In this document: piece by piece, positions 40,642 to 49,814 of the stretch | Layout: each line of letters opens with the position of its first letter | How positions within the stretch are numbered: the first letter of the stretch is position 1 | NCBI GenBank assembly: GCA_963668645.2 | Contig: CAXXWC010000021.1 | Location: 992,001 to 1,056,000 of the forward strand | Source of the DNA: Desulfobacterales bacterium | Lineage (GTDB): Bacteria; Desulfobacterota; Desulfobacteria; Desulfobacterales; UBA2174 | Direction: 5' to 3' | Length of the DNA stretch: 64,000 nt | The notes under the pieces: generated by a model | The model's input: the letters and a program-made list of their open reading frames with translations, nothing else | The model's database searches: none | What the model was told of the DNA's origin: nothing | Program-made: the position numbers and the translations under genes

Positions 40642-41505
40642 TCACTTTGCGGCCTCGCTTTCAAGCGCCTTGTGAAACTCCTCCACCGGCACCTCGATTC
40701 CGGTCCATAAAAAGAAGGTGCGCCGGGCCTGAAAGGCCAGAGTCGACCTGCCGTCGACGAAGTTGCACCCCTGCCTGCGAGCCGCGGCATGCCAGAAATT
40801 GGCCGGCCGATCCCAATTCAGATCGAAAACCAATTGGCAGTTTTCCAAGGCAAGCGCCTCCACGCACGCTGCCAGTTCGGGGCCGTCCTGGTGGCAGGAA
40901 ACGTCGGTGGCGTTGATCACGATATCGGTTTGGCGCGCCATCAGGCTCAGATCGTTCAAACCCGCCGCCAGCCCGCCGTTGGCCCCGACCAGACGCACGG
41001 CGGCGGCCCGATCCCGGCCGGCCACTACCACTTCGGCGGCCCGCTTCCAGGTAAGGATAAAGACCGCGGCCCGGGCCGCGGCGCCGGTGCCGAAAACCAG
41101 GGCGCGCCGGCCGCAGGGATCGAGGCCCTGGGCGTCGAGGGTTTCCATGATCCCGATGGCGTTGGTGTTGTAGCCTTTGAGGGTGCGCTCCTGGCGCACG
41201 ACGGTGTTGACCGCACCGATGATGTTGGCCCCTTCGGAAAGCACATCCAGGTGGCAAAGGACTTTCTCCTTGAACGGCGCCGTGACGCTGGCCCCGGCCA
41301 GATTGAGAATCCGCAGGCTGGCCACGGCGGCCCCCAGATCTTCGGGGGCCACCTGGAAAGGGACGCAGGCCCCGCGAAGGCCGACCCGGGCCATCACCCG
41401 GGTAAACAACCCCGGGCTGCGGTTGGCGTGGACCCGCCGATCACTTAAAACGCCGAATACGGGGGTCGCCGCGTCGAAACGTGCGCTGAAGACGGCCGCG
41501 TTCAT
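40642..41505 (-). CDS. shikimate dehydrogenase-family protein with an altered active site
   Basis: SVTAPFKE, IGAVNT, GTGAAARA, VINAT, VDG...FQA...F.LWTG. The conserved NTD reads NTN. Confidence 0.75.
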   Translation of the reverse strand: MNAAVFSARFDAATPVFGVLSDRRVHANRSPGLFTRVMARVGLRGACVPFQVAPEDLGAAVASLRILNLAGASVTAPFKEKVLCHLDVLSEGANIIGAVNTVVRQERTLKGYNTNAIGIMETLDAQGLDPCGRRALVFGTGAAARAAVFILTWKRAAEVVVAGRDRAAAVRLVGANGGLAAGLNDLSLMARQTDIVINATDVSCHQDGPELAACVEALALENCQLVFDLNWDRPANFWHAAARRQGCNFVDGRSTLAFQARRTFFLWTGIEVPVEEFHKALESEAAK

Positions 41506-41651
41506 GGTATCGCATCGCGCGGCATACGCCCCTGCCGGATCCCCTCGTTGCCGTCTGCAGCCTGTTAAGGGCATGCCGGATTGCAGCCGGCGCCGGCGGC
41601 GGGTGGCCGCTGTGGCCGGTGCGGTCGGCCGCAGCCACCCGCACCGGCTGT

Positions 41652-42041
41652 TTACATCCCGATCAGACGCTTGACACTGGAAGTGATTTCCTCGGCCGAT
41701 GCCGGTTTGGGCAGGTAATCATCGGCATCCATGCTCATTCCGTCGTAATGGGAATAGCGTGTCGAGGAGACATGCGAGGCCACGGCGGTCAGCATGACCA
41801 CCGGGATCTCCTTGAGCTGGGGATCCTGCTTGATCTTTTTGCAAACCGCATAGCCGTCCATTTCGGGCATCATCACGTCCAGCACCACCACATCCGGCGG
41901 ATTGTCGCGGATCTTGGCCAGCCCCTCGACCCCATCGTAGGCCACCTCCACCGCGAACCCTTCCTTTTCCAGGTCCCCTTGAACGATGGCGCAAAAATCC
42001 GGCTCATCGTCCACCAGTAAGATTCGCTTTTTCTCGGTCAT
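41652..42041 (-). CDS. single-domain response regulator (receiver only)
   Basis: ILLVDDE, LDVMMPEMDG, MLTA, DYLPKP. Confidence 0.92.
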   Translation of the reverse strand: MTEKKRILLVDDEPDFCAIVQGDLEKEGFAVEVAYDGVEGLAKIRDNPPDVVVLDVMMPEMDGYAVCKKIKQDPQLKEIPVVMLTAVASHVSSTRYSHYDGMSMDADDYLPKPASAEEITSSVKRLIGM

Positions 42042-42135
42042 TGGATTTCTCCTTTACGGATTCAGGTTATGGAAATGGCGAAAACGGCTGGAACGCCCCT
42101 CCGCAATTTAGCGATTGATTAGTATAGCCGTTTCG

Positions 42136-43077
42136 TCACTCGACTTTCGGTCTCGGCAGCACCCCGGCCCGCTCTGCGATTTCAGGCACCTTGTGCTCCC
42201 ATTCGATGGCCATCAGATGCACCCCGGCCACCCCGGGCATCTCCTTGAATTCCTGGATCTGCTCGATGGCAAAACGGATCCCCTCTTCGGACTGTTTGCC
42301 CTTGCCGGCCCCTTCAAGACGCTGGATCAACGCCTCGGGCACGTCCATGCCGGGCACGAACTTGGCCATGTACTTGGCCATGCGGGCGCTTTTCATCGGT
42401 GTAACCCCGGCCAGGATGGCGCATTTTTCCGTCAACCCCATGTCCACCGCCTGGCGCATGAAGGCCCGGAACCGCTCCATGTTGTAGATGCACTGGGTCT
42501 GGATGAAATCAGCCCCGGCGTCGATCTTGTTGGCCAGCCGGTGGATGCGAAACTCGGTGGGGTCCCCGAAAGGATTGCTCGCCGCGCCGATAAAGAGCCG
42601 CGGCGCCACGTCCACCTCGTCGCCGTTGGGAAACTTGCCCTCGTCGCGCATCTGTTTGACCATCGCGATGAGCTGCATCGAGTCGATGTCATAGACGTTC
42701 TTGGCCTGGGGATGGTTGCCGAAATGCTGGTGGTCTCCGCTCAGACAGAGCATGTTGCGGATCCCCAGGGCATAAGCGCCCAGAATGTCGCTCATCATCG
42801 CCAGGCGGTTGCGATCCCGGCAGACCATCTGGAAATTGGGTTCCAGCCCGTCGGCCACCATCAGCGCGCAGCTGGCCATACTCGAAAGGCGCACCACGGC
42901 GGTCTGGTTGTCGGTCACGTTGATCGCATCCACCATCTGGCGCAGATGTTCGCACTTTTCCTTGAGGTGGTCGACGTTGGCCCCCTTGGGTGGCCCGCAT
43001 TCACCGGTAAAGGCGAAATGGCCGGCCTTGAGAACCTTTTCCAGGTTGCTGCCTGCTTTCAAACCATTTGCGCTCAT
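42136..43077 (-). CDS. metF: methylenetetrahydrofolate reductase MetF (MetV-partnered type)
   Basis: GECGPPKG, NVTDNQTA, CRDRNRLA, LSGDH, KIDAGADFIQTQ, GVHLMA. The start overlaps the metV stop (ATGA). Confidence 0.92.
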   Translation of the reverse strand: MSANGLKAGSNLEKVLKAGHFAFTGECGPPKGANVDHLKEKCEHLRQMVDAINVTDNQTAVVRLSSMASCALMVADGLEPNFQMVCRDRNRLAMMSDILGAYALGIRNMLCLSGDHQHFGNHPQAKNVYDIDSMQLIAMVKQMRDEGKFPNGDEVDVAPRLFIGAASNPFGDPTEFRIHRLANKIDAGADFIQTQCIYNMERFRAFMRQAVDMGLTEKCAILAGVTPMKSARMAKYMAKFVPGMDVPEALIQRLEGAGKGKQSEEGIRFAIEQIQEFKEMPGVAGVHLMAIEWEHKVPEIAERAGVLPRPKVE

Positions 43078-43742
43078 TTTACCAGTTCCTCCCTGATGCT
43101 GCGCCGGGGACCGCCGTCCCGGGATGTGCGCCAATCCTTGGCCGGACGAAAGACCCGCAGATCGGCCAGGCGACCGTTTTCCATCTTCTTGCGCACGATC
43201 TTGTCCCAGATACACTCGATCTCGGCCGAGACCTCGCACTTGCCGCTTGCACTGCCGCCGCAGGGCCCGTGGAGCAGGCTCTTGGAGCAGCGGGCGATGG
43301 GGCAAAGCCCGTCGAAAAGGTGGATCTTGCAGGCCCCGCAACCTGTGCAGCGCTCCTCCCAGACCCCGTGCTGGGTAGCCCCGCCCATGAAGCGGGTATT
43401 GACGGCCGGGAAAAAGCGCTGGCTGGGATAGGCCTCGGAAAGGAACTGGGGCCCGACCCCGCAGGCCATCGACAGGACCGCATCGTACTGGTCATAGTCG
43501 TTGCGTAGCTGTTCGACGTACTCCGGATCGCACTGGCGCTCCAGGACCCGCTCTTCCACCTCCAGGGGCCGGTCCTCCTTTTTGCGGGCGATGCGCAGGG
43601 TGGCGGCCAGAATCTGCACCTCCTTGAGGCCCCCGACGTTGCAGACGGTCACACACCCCTTGCAGCCCACCAGCAGGACTTTGCCGCAGTCTTGGACCAT
43701 CTCCAGGATTTCTTCCAACGGCTTGCGATCAGCGATAATCAT
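43074..43742 (-). CDS. metV: MetV, Fe-S/zinc-finger subunit of methylene-THF reductase
   Basis: GCKGCVTVC, RQCDPEY, ACGVG, CTGCGAC, CPIARCSKSLLHGPCGG, CEV....ECIW, KDW. Confidence 0.88.
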   Translation of the reverse strand: MIIADRKPLEEILEMVQDCGKVLLVGCKGCVTVCNVGGLKEVQILAATLRIARKKEDRPLEVEERVLERQCDPEYVEQLRNDYDQYDAVLSMACGVGPQFLSEAYPSQRFFPAVNTRFMGGATQHGVWEERCTGCGACKIHLFDGLCPIARCSKSLLHGPCGGSASGKCEVSAEIECIWDKIVRKKMENGRLADLRVFRPAKDWRTSRDGGPRRSIREELVK

Positions 43743-43771
43743 GGGTTCACCTCACTGCACGCGAATACATG

Positions 43772-44191
43772 TTAACAGATGCGCCGCACCGGGCTGGGAC
43801 CGAGCCGGCGGGTGTTTTCGGTCATCTCGGTGGCGATCTCGGCAAACCGCGGTCCCTGGGCCGAGGAGAGATTGAACATCTGAACCCGCTCCGGTTCGAT
43901 GCCCAGGTCCTTGAGGGTGCGCTGCACGTATTCCACCTTTTTACGAGTCTTGAGATTGCCTTCCAGAAAATGGCATTCCCCTTCCAGGCACCCGGCCACA
44001 TAGACCCCGTCGGCCCCCTCCTCGATGGCCCGCAGCAGGTGCAGGATATCGACTCGCCCGCTGCAGGGGACCTGAACAACCTTGACGTTGGCCGGATAGT
44101 TGAGCCGCATGGAGCCGGCCAGGTCTCCGGCCGCGTATGCACAGTACTTGCAGCAGTATGCAACGATCTGGGGTTCGAAGGTCTCGTTCAT
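43772..44191 (-). CDS. mvhD: MvhD/FlpD [2Fe-2S] subunit
   Basis: YCCKYCAYAAGDLAG, VPCSGRVD, GADGV.V.GC..GECHF..GN, GIEPER. Confidence 0.93.
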   Translation of the reverse strand: MNETFEPQIVAYCCKYCAYAAGDLAGSMRLNYPANVKVVQVPCSGRVDILHLLRAIEEGADGVYVAGCLEGECHFLEGNLKTRKKVEYVQRTLKDLGIEPERVQMFNLSSAQGPRFAEIATEMTENTRRLGPSPVRRIC

Positions 44192-44243
44192 GGGTTCCTC
44201 TCTGTGTGTTCGCTAAATTGGGTCCGCGGTGCCCAGCGGCGAT

Positions 44244-47200
44244 TCAGGCGCATTCGGCAAACAGGGCCGCCGTCTTGGCGATGAGCTGCTGGTCAGTAAA
44301 GTGCTTCAGGCTGATCGCCTTGCCCGGGCACTCGGCAACACAGCAGCCGCATCCGTGGCATCCGGCCGGTTCGATGACCGCGTGTCCCTCCTGGCCGATG
44401 TAAGGAGTTCCGTAAGGACAGGTGCGCACGCAGGTCAGACAGACCGCGCAGCGCTCCGGGTCGACTTCGGCCACCACCCCACCCACCAGGATGGCGTCCT
44501 TGGACAGGATGGTCATCGCCCGTGCCACGGCCGCCTGGGCCTGGGCGATGCTCTCGTCGATGCTCTTGGGGTAATGGACCAGACCGGCCATGAAGATCCC
44601 CTCGCTGGCCATGTCCACCGGCCGCAGCTTGGCGTGGGCCTCCACCAGGAACCCTTCGGCGTTGATCGGCACTTTGAACAGTTCGAACAGGTCCTTGTTT
44701 GGGTTGGGCAGCACCGCGGTGGCCAACACCAGAAGATGCGGTTCGATACGGATCGGCCGGCCCAGGATATGGTCGCGCACCGTCAGGGCGAGCCGGTCCT
44801 GGCCCGCGGCCACCGCCGGCGGATCCTGGGGGTCGAAGCGCACGAAAATCACCCCCAGGGCGCGTGCCTCGCGATAGAGATCTTCGCGGAACCCGTAGGA
44901 GCGCACGTCCCGGTAGAGGATAAAGACGCTGCGATCGGACCGCTCCGCCTTCAAGGCGATGGCCGTCTTGAGCGAATGGGTGCAGCAGACCCGGCTGCAC
45001 GAGGGCCGCTGGTCGGTGCGCGAGCCGACGCACTGGATGAAGACCACCGTGTCGGCGGCCTCGATCCGTTCGTCGCCGGCGGTCATGGCCTCGTCCATCT
45101 CCCTGTGGGTCAGGACGTCCGGGTGCTGGCCGTAGAGATATTCGCTGGGCTTGTACTCGTGGCCGCCGGTGGCCAGGATGGTCACCCCGTGTTCGATCGC
45201 CGTGGTGGTCACCGTGACCCCGCCCCGGGCCAGGGTGGTGGTGAAGTTGCCGATAATCCCGCCCGTCTCGATGGCCTCGGTGCGCATAAAAAGCCGGATC
45301 CGCGGGTGGTTGCGCACCCGTTCGATGAGGTTTTCGAGATAGGGTTGAATCGCACCGCCGTCCCAGGCGTGGCGCAGCCAGCGGGCGTTGCCCCCCAGGT
45401 CGTCGCCGCGCTCCACCAGCACCGCGCCGAAACCCTGATCGGCGATGCCCAGGGCCGCCTCCATGCCGGCCACTCCACCGCCGATCACCAGGGCCGCCCC
45501 CTGGACCGGCATGCTCACTTGATGTAGCGGCTCGATGTAGACGGCCTTGGCCACCGCCATACGCACCAGGTCCTTGGCCTTGGCAGTGGCCTTGTCTGGA
45601 TTGTTCATGTGCACCCAGGTGTTCTGGTCGCGGATGTTGGCCATCTCGAAGAGGTACTTGTTGAGCCCTGCCTCGCGGATCGTCTCCTGGAAGAGCGGCT
45701 CGTGGGTGCGCGGCGAGCACGAAGCCACCACCACCCGGTTGATCCCGTTTTCGACGATGACCTCCTTCATCTTGTCCTGGGTGTCCTGGGAGCAGGTGAA
45801 CAGATTGTCCTCCACGTGGACCACGTGGGGCAGGGTTCGGGCGTACTCGCGCACCGCCGGCACGTCGGCCACACCGCCGATGTTGATCCCGCAGTTGCAC
45901 ACGAAAACCCCGATGCGCGGCGCCTCGGCGGAAACATCCAGCTCCGGGGGCAGCTCCTTGGTGCGCACCATGGTGTTGCGCACCCCGGCCAGCCGTCGCG
46001 AAGCCGAGGCGGCGGCGGCCGAGGCCTCCATCACCGATTGGGGGATGTCCTTGGGCCCTTGGAAGGCCCCGCAGACATAGACCCCTTCCCGGCTGGTGGC
46101 CACCGGCGCCAGGGCCTGGGTGGCGGCAAAGAGATGCCGGTTAAGATCGATGCTGAGCCGCTCGGCCAGCTCCCGGCTCTCGGCGTTGGGCGCCAGGCCC
46201 ACCGAGAGGACCACCATGTCAAAGACTTCCTCCTGCATGCGGCCGTCCTCGGTGACGTAGCGCAGCCGCAGCATATCGCCCGGCAGCGGGTCGATGGTGT
46301 GGACCCGGGCGCGGATGAAGCGCACCCCCTTTTCCTTTTCGGCCCTGGCGTAGTAGCGGTCGAAATCCTTGCCGTAGGTGCGCATGTCCATGTAAAAGAC
46401 CGCCGTGTCCAGGGGCTTGGCACTGTGCTCCTTGGCGATCACGGTCTGTTTGGCCGCGTACATGCAGCAGACCGCCGAGCAGTAGGCATGGTCGCACTTG
46501 TTGATGTCGCGCGAGCCGATGCACTGGAGCCAGGCGATCTTTTCCGGCTCCCGGTGGTCCGAGGGGCGCATCAGATGCCCCTGGTAGGGCCCCGAGGCGC
46601 TCAGGACGCGCTCGAACTCCAGGGCCGTGACCACGTTGGGGTGGTTGGCGTAGGCGTAGTATTCGTGCCGGCTAGGATCGTAGGGCGTAAAACCCGGCGC
46701 CAGAATGATGGAGCCGACTTCCACCGTCACCTTCTGCGGCTGCATGCTGTGGTCGATGGCGCCAGCCAGGCATGCGGAAACGCACTGGTAACACTCAGAA
46801 CAGATCCCGCACTTGAAGCAACGCCGGGCTTCGCTGCAGGCCTCTTCTTCGTTGTAGCCGTATGAGACCTCCAGGAAATTGCACTCCCGGGCCACAGGGT
46901 CGAGGCAGCGCACCGGGGTTCGGGGCTGGATCTTCTCTCCTTCGACATCCGGCTTTTCGAACTCCCACTGTTTGTCCCGGCCCTGGCGCAGGTCGAGTCC
47001 GTTGACGTAGCGGTGGAGGCTCTCGGCCGCCTCCTTGCCGCAGGCCACGGCATCCACCACGCTCTTGGGCCCGTAAAAGGCGTCCCCGCCGGCAAAGACC
47101 CACTCCAGCGGGGTCTGCAAGGTGACCGGATCGGCCTGCATGCCCTTGACGCGGGTCAGAACGACCCCCTGCTCGTCCAGGTATTCGGTGTCGGTGGACT

Positions 47201-48698
47201 GGCCGATGGAGATGATCACCGTATCGCCGAAAAAGGGCTGGCAAACGGCATCGTCGTACTGGGGGTTGAAGCGCCGGTTCTCGTCGAAGACCGCCGTGCA
47301 GGTCTTGAACTCGATCCCCGATACGCGGTTGCCTTTGTCGATGAAAAACTGCTTGGGCCCGAAGCTGTTGACGATCTCGATGTCGCTTTCCAGGGCCTCG
47401 ATGATCTCGTGCTCCCAGGCGGGCATCTCCTCGCGTTTTTCCAGGCAAATCATGGTGACTTTCTCGGCCCCTTTGCGCTTGGCAGTCAGGGCCACGTCCA
47501 CCGCCACGTTGCCGCCGCCAATGACCAGCACCTCCTTGCCGATTTCCACCGGCCGGCCCATGGCCACGTCGCGCAAAAAATCAACCCCCTGGAGCACCCC
47601 CGGAGCGTTTTCGTTTTCAACCCCCAGTCGCCGGCCCCCGTGCAGCCCGATGGCCATGTAGACCGCATGGTATCCGTCCGCTTTGAGGCTCTCGAAGGTT
47701 ATGTCCCTGCCGAAGGTCACCCCGGTACGGATCGTGACCCCCATCTTTTCGATGACGGCGATCTCCTGGGCCAGGATCTCGCGCGGCAGACGGTACTCGG
47801 GGATGCCCACGCGCATCATACCGCCGGCTTCGGGCAGCTTCTCGAAAACGGTGACCGGGTAGCCTTGCAGGGCCAGGAAATAGGCCGCACTCAGCCCGCT
47901 CGGCCCGGAACCGATCACGGCGATTTTTTCCTTACGCGGTTCACCGGTTTGGGGCACATGGGGCGTCTGCTGGCCGCGGTCGAAATCGGCCAGAAAACGG
48001 TGCAGCTCACGGATGGCCAACGGCTGGTCGTGGTCGCCGCGGGTGCAGGCCCCCTCGCAGGGGTGGTGACAGACCCGGCCGCAGACCCCGGGGAAAGGAT
48101 GATCCTGCTTGAACAGTTTTACCGCCTCTGCATAACGGCCGTCATTGATCAGGGCGATGTACCCCTGGATGCTCACATGGGCCGGACAGGTGGCCTTGCA
48201 CGGCGCCGTGGTGCGCTTTTCGATTGCATAGGCGCTGGGCATGCCCTGGGGATAGAGCTTGTAGGCCGCCTTGCGCTCGCGCAACCCCTCGTCGAAGAGG
48301 TTGGGCGTCTCGATGGGGCAGGCCTTGGCGCACTCGCCGCAGGCGGTGCACTTTTGCAGATCCACGTAGCGCGGGGCCTGGCGCAAGGTAACCTTGAAAC
48401 GGCCCGCCTCGCCTTCCACCGACTCGATCTGGCTCAGGGTGTGCAGATCGATATTCAGGTGCCGCCCGGCCTCCACCAGCTTGGGCGAGATGATGCACAT
48501 GGAGCAATCGTTGGTGGGAAAGGTCTTGTCCAGTTGGGCCATCACCCCGCCGATGGCCGACTTACCCTCTACCATGTGTACGAGGTAGCCCGAATCGGCC
48601 AGATCCAAAGAGGCCTGGATCCCGGCGATGCCCCCGCCGACCACCATGACCGAACCGACCACGTCCTGCTGCCCTTTTTGTGCTTTGCTCACGTCCAT
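44244..48698 (-). CDS. hdrL: large HdrA-type flavoprotein (HdrL): two HdrA modules with an inserted GltD/NfnB-like NAD(P)H-binding module
   Basis: VGGGIAG, LDKTFPTNDCSMC, CTACGECAKAC. Insert APCKATCP..CGRVCHHPCE..IGSGPSG..IGGGNVA. QCIGSRD..CSAVCC, VCNCG..ASCSPRTHE, second IGGGVAG and QCVGSR..CSRVCC, C-terminal 2x[4Fe-4S]. Confidence 0.9.
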   Translation of the reverse strand: MDVSKAQKGQQDVVGSVMVVGGGIAGIQASLDLADSGYLVHMVEGKSAIGGVMAQLDKTFPTNDCSMCIISPKLVEAGRHLNIDLHTLSQIESVEGEAGRFKVTLRQAPRYVDLQKCTACGECAKACPIETPNLFDEGLRERKAAYKLYPQGMPSAYAIEKRTTAPCKATCPAHVSIQGYIALINDGRYAEAVKLFKQDHPFPGVCGRVCHHPCEGACTRGDHDQPLAIRELHRFLADFDRGQQTPHVPQTGEPRKEKIAVIGSGPSGLSAAYFLALQGYPVTVFEKLPEAGGMMRVGIPEYRLPREILAQEIAVIEKMGVTIRTGVTFGRDITFESLKADGYHAVYMAIGLHGGRRLGVENENAPGVLQGVDFLRDVAMGRPVEIGKEVLVIGGGNVAVDVALTAKRKGAEKVTMICLEKREEMPAWEHEIIEALESDIEIVNSFGPKQFFIDKGNRVSGIEFKTCTAVFDENRRFNPQYDDAVCQPFFGDTVIISIGQSTDTEYLDEQGVVLTRVKGMQADPVTLQTPLEWVFAGGDAFYGPKSVVDAVACGKEAAESLHRYVNGLDLRQGRDKQWEFEKPDVEGEKIQPRTPVRCLDPVARECNFLEVSYGYNEEEACSEARRCFKCGICSECYQCVSACLAGAIDHSMQPQKVTVEVGSIILAPGFTPYDPSRHEYYAYANHPNVVTALEFERVLSASGPYQGHLMRPSDHREPEKIAWLQCIGSRDINKCDHAYCSAVCCMYAAKQTVIAKEHSAKPLDTAVFYMDMRTYGKDFDRYYARAEKEKGVRFIRARVHTIDPLPGDMLRLRYVTEDGRMQEEVFDMVVLSVGLAPNAESRELAERLSIDLNRHLFAATQALAPVATSREGVYVCGAFQGPKDIPQSVMEASAAAASASRRLAGVRNTMVRTKELPPELDVSAEAPRIGVFVCNCGINIGGVADVPAVREYARTLPHVVHVEDNLFTCSQDTQDKMKEVIVENGINRVVVASCSPRTHEPLFQETIREAGLNKYLFEMANIRDQNTWVHMNNPDKATAKAKDLVRMAVAKAVYIEPLHQVSMPVQGAALVIGGGVAGMEAALGIADQGFGAVLVERGDDLGGNARWLRHAWDGGAIQPYLENLIERVRNHPRIRLFMRTEAIETGGIIGNFTTTLARGGVTVTTTAIEHGVTILATGGHEYKPSEYLYGQHPDVLTHREMDEAMTAGDERIEAADTVVFIQCVGSRTDQRPSCSRVCCTHSLKTAIALKAERSDRSVFILYRDVRSYGFREDLYREARALGVIFVRFDPQDPPAVAAGQDRLALTVRDHILGRPIRIEPHLLVLATAVLPNPNKDLFELFKVPINAEGFLVEAHAKLRPVDMASEGIFMAGLVHYPKSIDESIAQAQAAVARAMTILSKDAILVGGVVAEVDPERCAVCLTCVRTCPYGTPYIGQEGHAVIEPAGCHGCGCCVAECPGKAISLKHFTDQQLIAKTAALFAECA

Positions 48699-48745
48699 GG
48701 TTTCCCTCTAGCCTTGCGATGTTGGGTGTTAATGGGGCCTTGAAC

Positions 48746-49618
48746 CTATTCGAGGTGCTCGAAGAGTTCCGGCAGGTGGTCCTCCCAGCCCATGGGCGAA
48801 ATCATGACCCCTTTGAAGCCCGCTTCACGCACCGCCACGATGGTCTCCCGGGCGATGCGCAGGCTCTCCTTGGTTTTGTCCGGGCACTTTTGCAAACGAT
48901 CGATCAGATCGCCGGAAAGGTGGATGTGGGGCATGTTGCGCTGGATGTAGCGTGCCATGCCCAAAGATTTGAGCAGCATCACGGTGGGCACCAGATTCCG
49001 CTGGCGGATATCGATCTGGCCGGCAAAAGAGGCGATGGCATCGAGATCGAAGACCGGGGTAGTGACGAAAAACTCGGCGCCGGCCGCGGTGCATCGCGCC
49101 ATTTCCTCCAACTCGGCGGACAGGGCCGCTTCCCTTACCCCCACGTTGACCGTCGTTCCGCACAAGAAGCGCGGCGCGCCCTCCAACGGCGCACCGGAAA
49201 GGTCCTGGCCCCGGGCCAGAACCCCTACCGCCTCGATGAGCCCCATCAGATCCAGATCGTTGACCGCCGCTGCCTGATGATGATCGCCGAAACGCAGGTC
49301 CTCACCGGCCACGGCCATCAGGCTGGTGATCCCTCCTGCGTAAGCGGCCAGCAGATCTCCCTGAAGCGCCAGGCGGTTGCGGTCCCTGCAGCAGACCTGC
49401 ATGACCGTCTGCATCCCTTTGCTCTGGAGAATCATGGCCGTCCCCAGGGCGCTCATGCGCATCACGGCGGCCCCCATGTCCGGGATCACAAAGGCCGTGA
49501 CCCGCTCGGCAATCCGGCTGGCCACCCGCAGCATCCCGGAGATATCGACCCCCTTGGGCGGCACGAGTTCCACCAGGATGGCAAATGCACCCACGTCGAA
49601 ACGGTTTCTGAGTTCCAT
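48746..49618 (-). CDS. second, divergent MetF-family protein
   Basis: VELVPPKG, MRMSAL, CRDRNRLALQGDLL, AGAEFFVT.PVFD, G..ISPMGW. AAGGAAG RBS before ATG 49618. Confidence 0.82.
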   Translation of the reverse strand: MELRNRFDVGAFAILVELVPPKGVDISGMLRVASRIAERVTAFVIPDMGAAVMRMSALGTAMILQSKGMQTVMQVCCRDRNRLALQGDLLAAYAGGITSLMAVAGEDLRFGDHHQAAAVNDLDLMGLIEAVGVLARGQDLSGAPLEGAPRFLCGTTVNVGVREAALSAELEEMARCTAAGAEFFVTTPVFDLDAIASFAGQIDIRQRNLVPTVMLLKSLGMARYIQRNMPHIHLSGDLIDRLQKCPDKTKESLRIARETIVAVREAGFKGVMISPMGWEDHLPELFEHLE

Positions 49619-49698
49619 GGTTCTTCCTTTTTGGCCTTGAGTCTGGGGTGGATGGAAAGGTGATCTGTCTTCGCTGTGCTTCCTGCCTGGAAAGACAG

Positions 49699-49714
49699 AG
49701 CAAGGGGCGTACCA
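49699..49714 (-). promoter_or_regulatory. sigma54 (-24/-12) promoter of the metF2-hdrL operon
   Basis: Minus strand TGGTACGCCCCTTGCT with exact GG-N10-GC spacing, about 80 nt upstream of the metF2 start. Confidence 0.8.
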
Positions 49715-49814
49715 GGGTTCGAATGGAGGCCGGGACGGGCGTTTTAGGCTTGATTTCAAAGGGTTTGAAAACCAGCTGACCGGGCTCTGGATCCACGAGC
49801 CGGCGAAAAGCGGG

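Noticed and set aside
43772..48698. Selenocysteine recoding in HdrL or MvhD
   Set aside because: Both ORFs are uninterrupted, the positions that are Sec in some homologs are Cys codons, and the terminal TGA of hdrL falls at the normal domain end.
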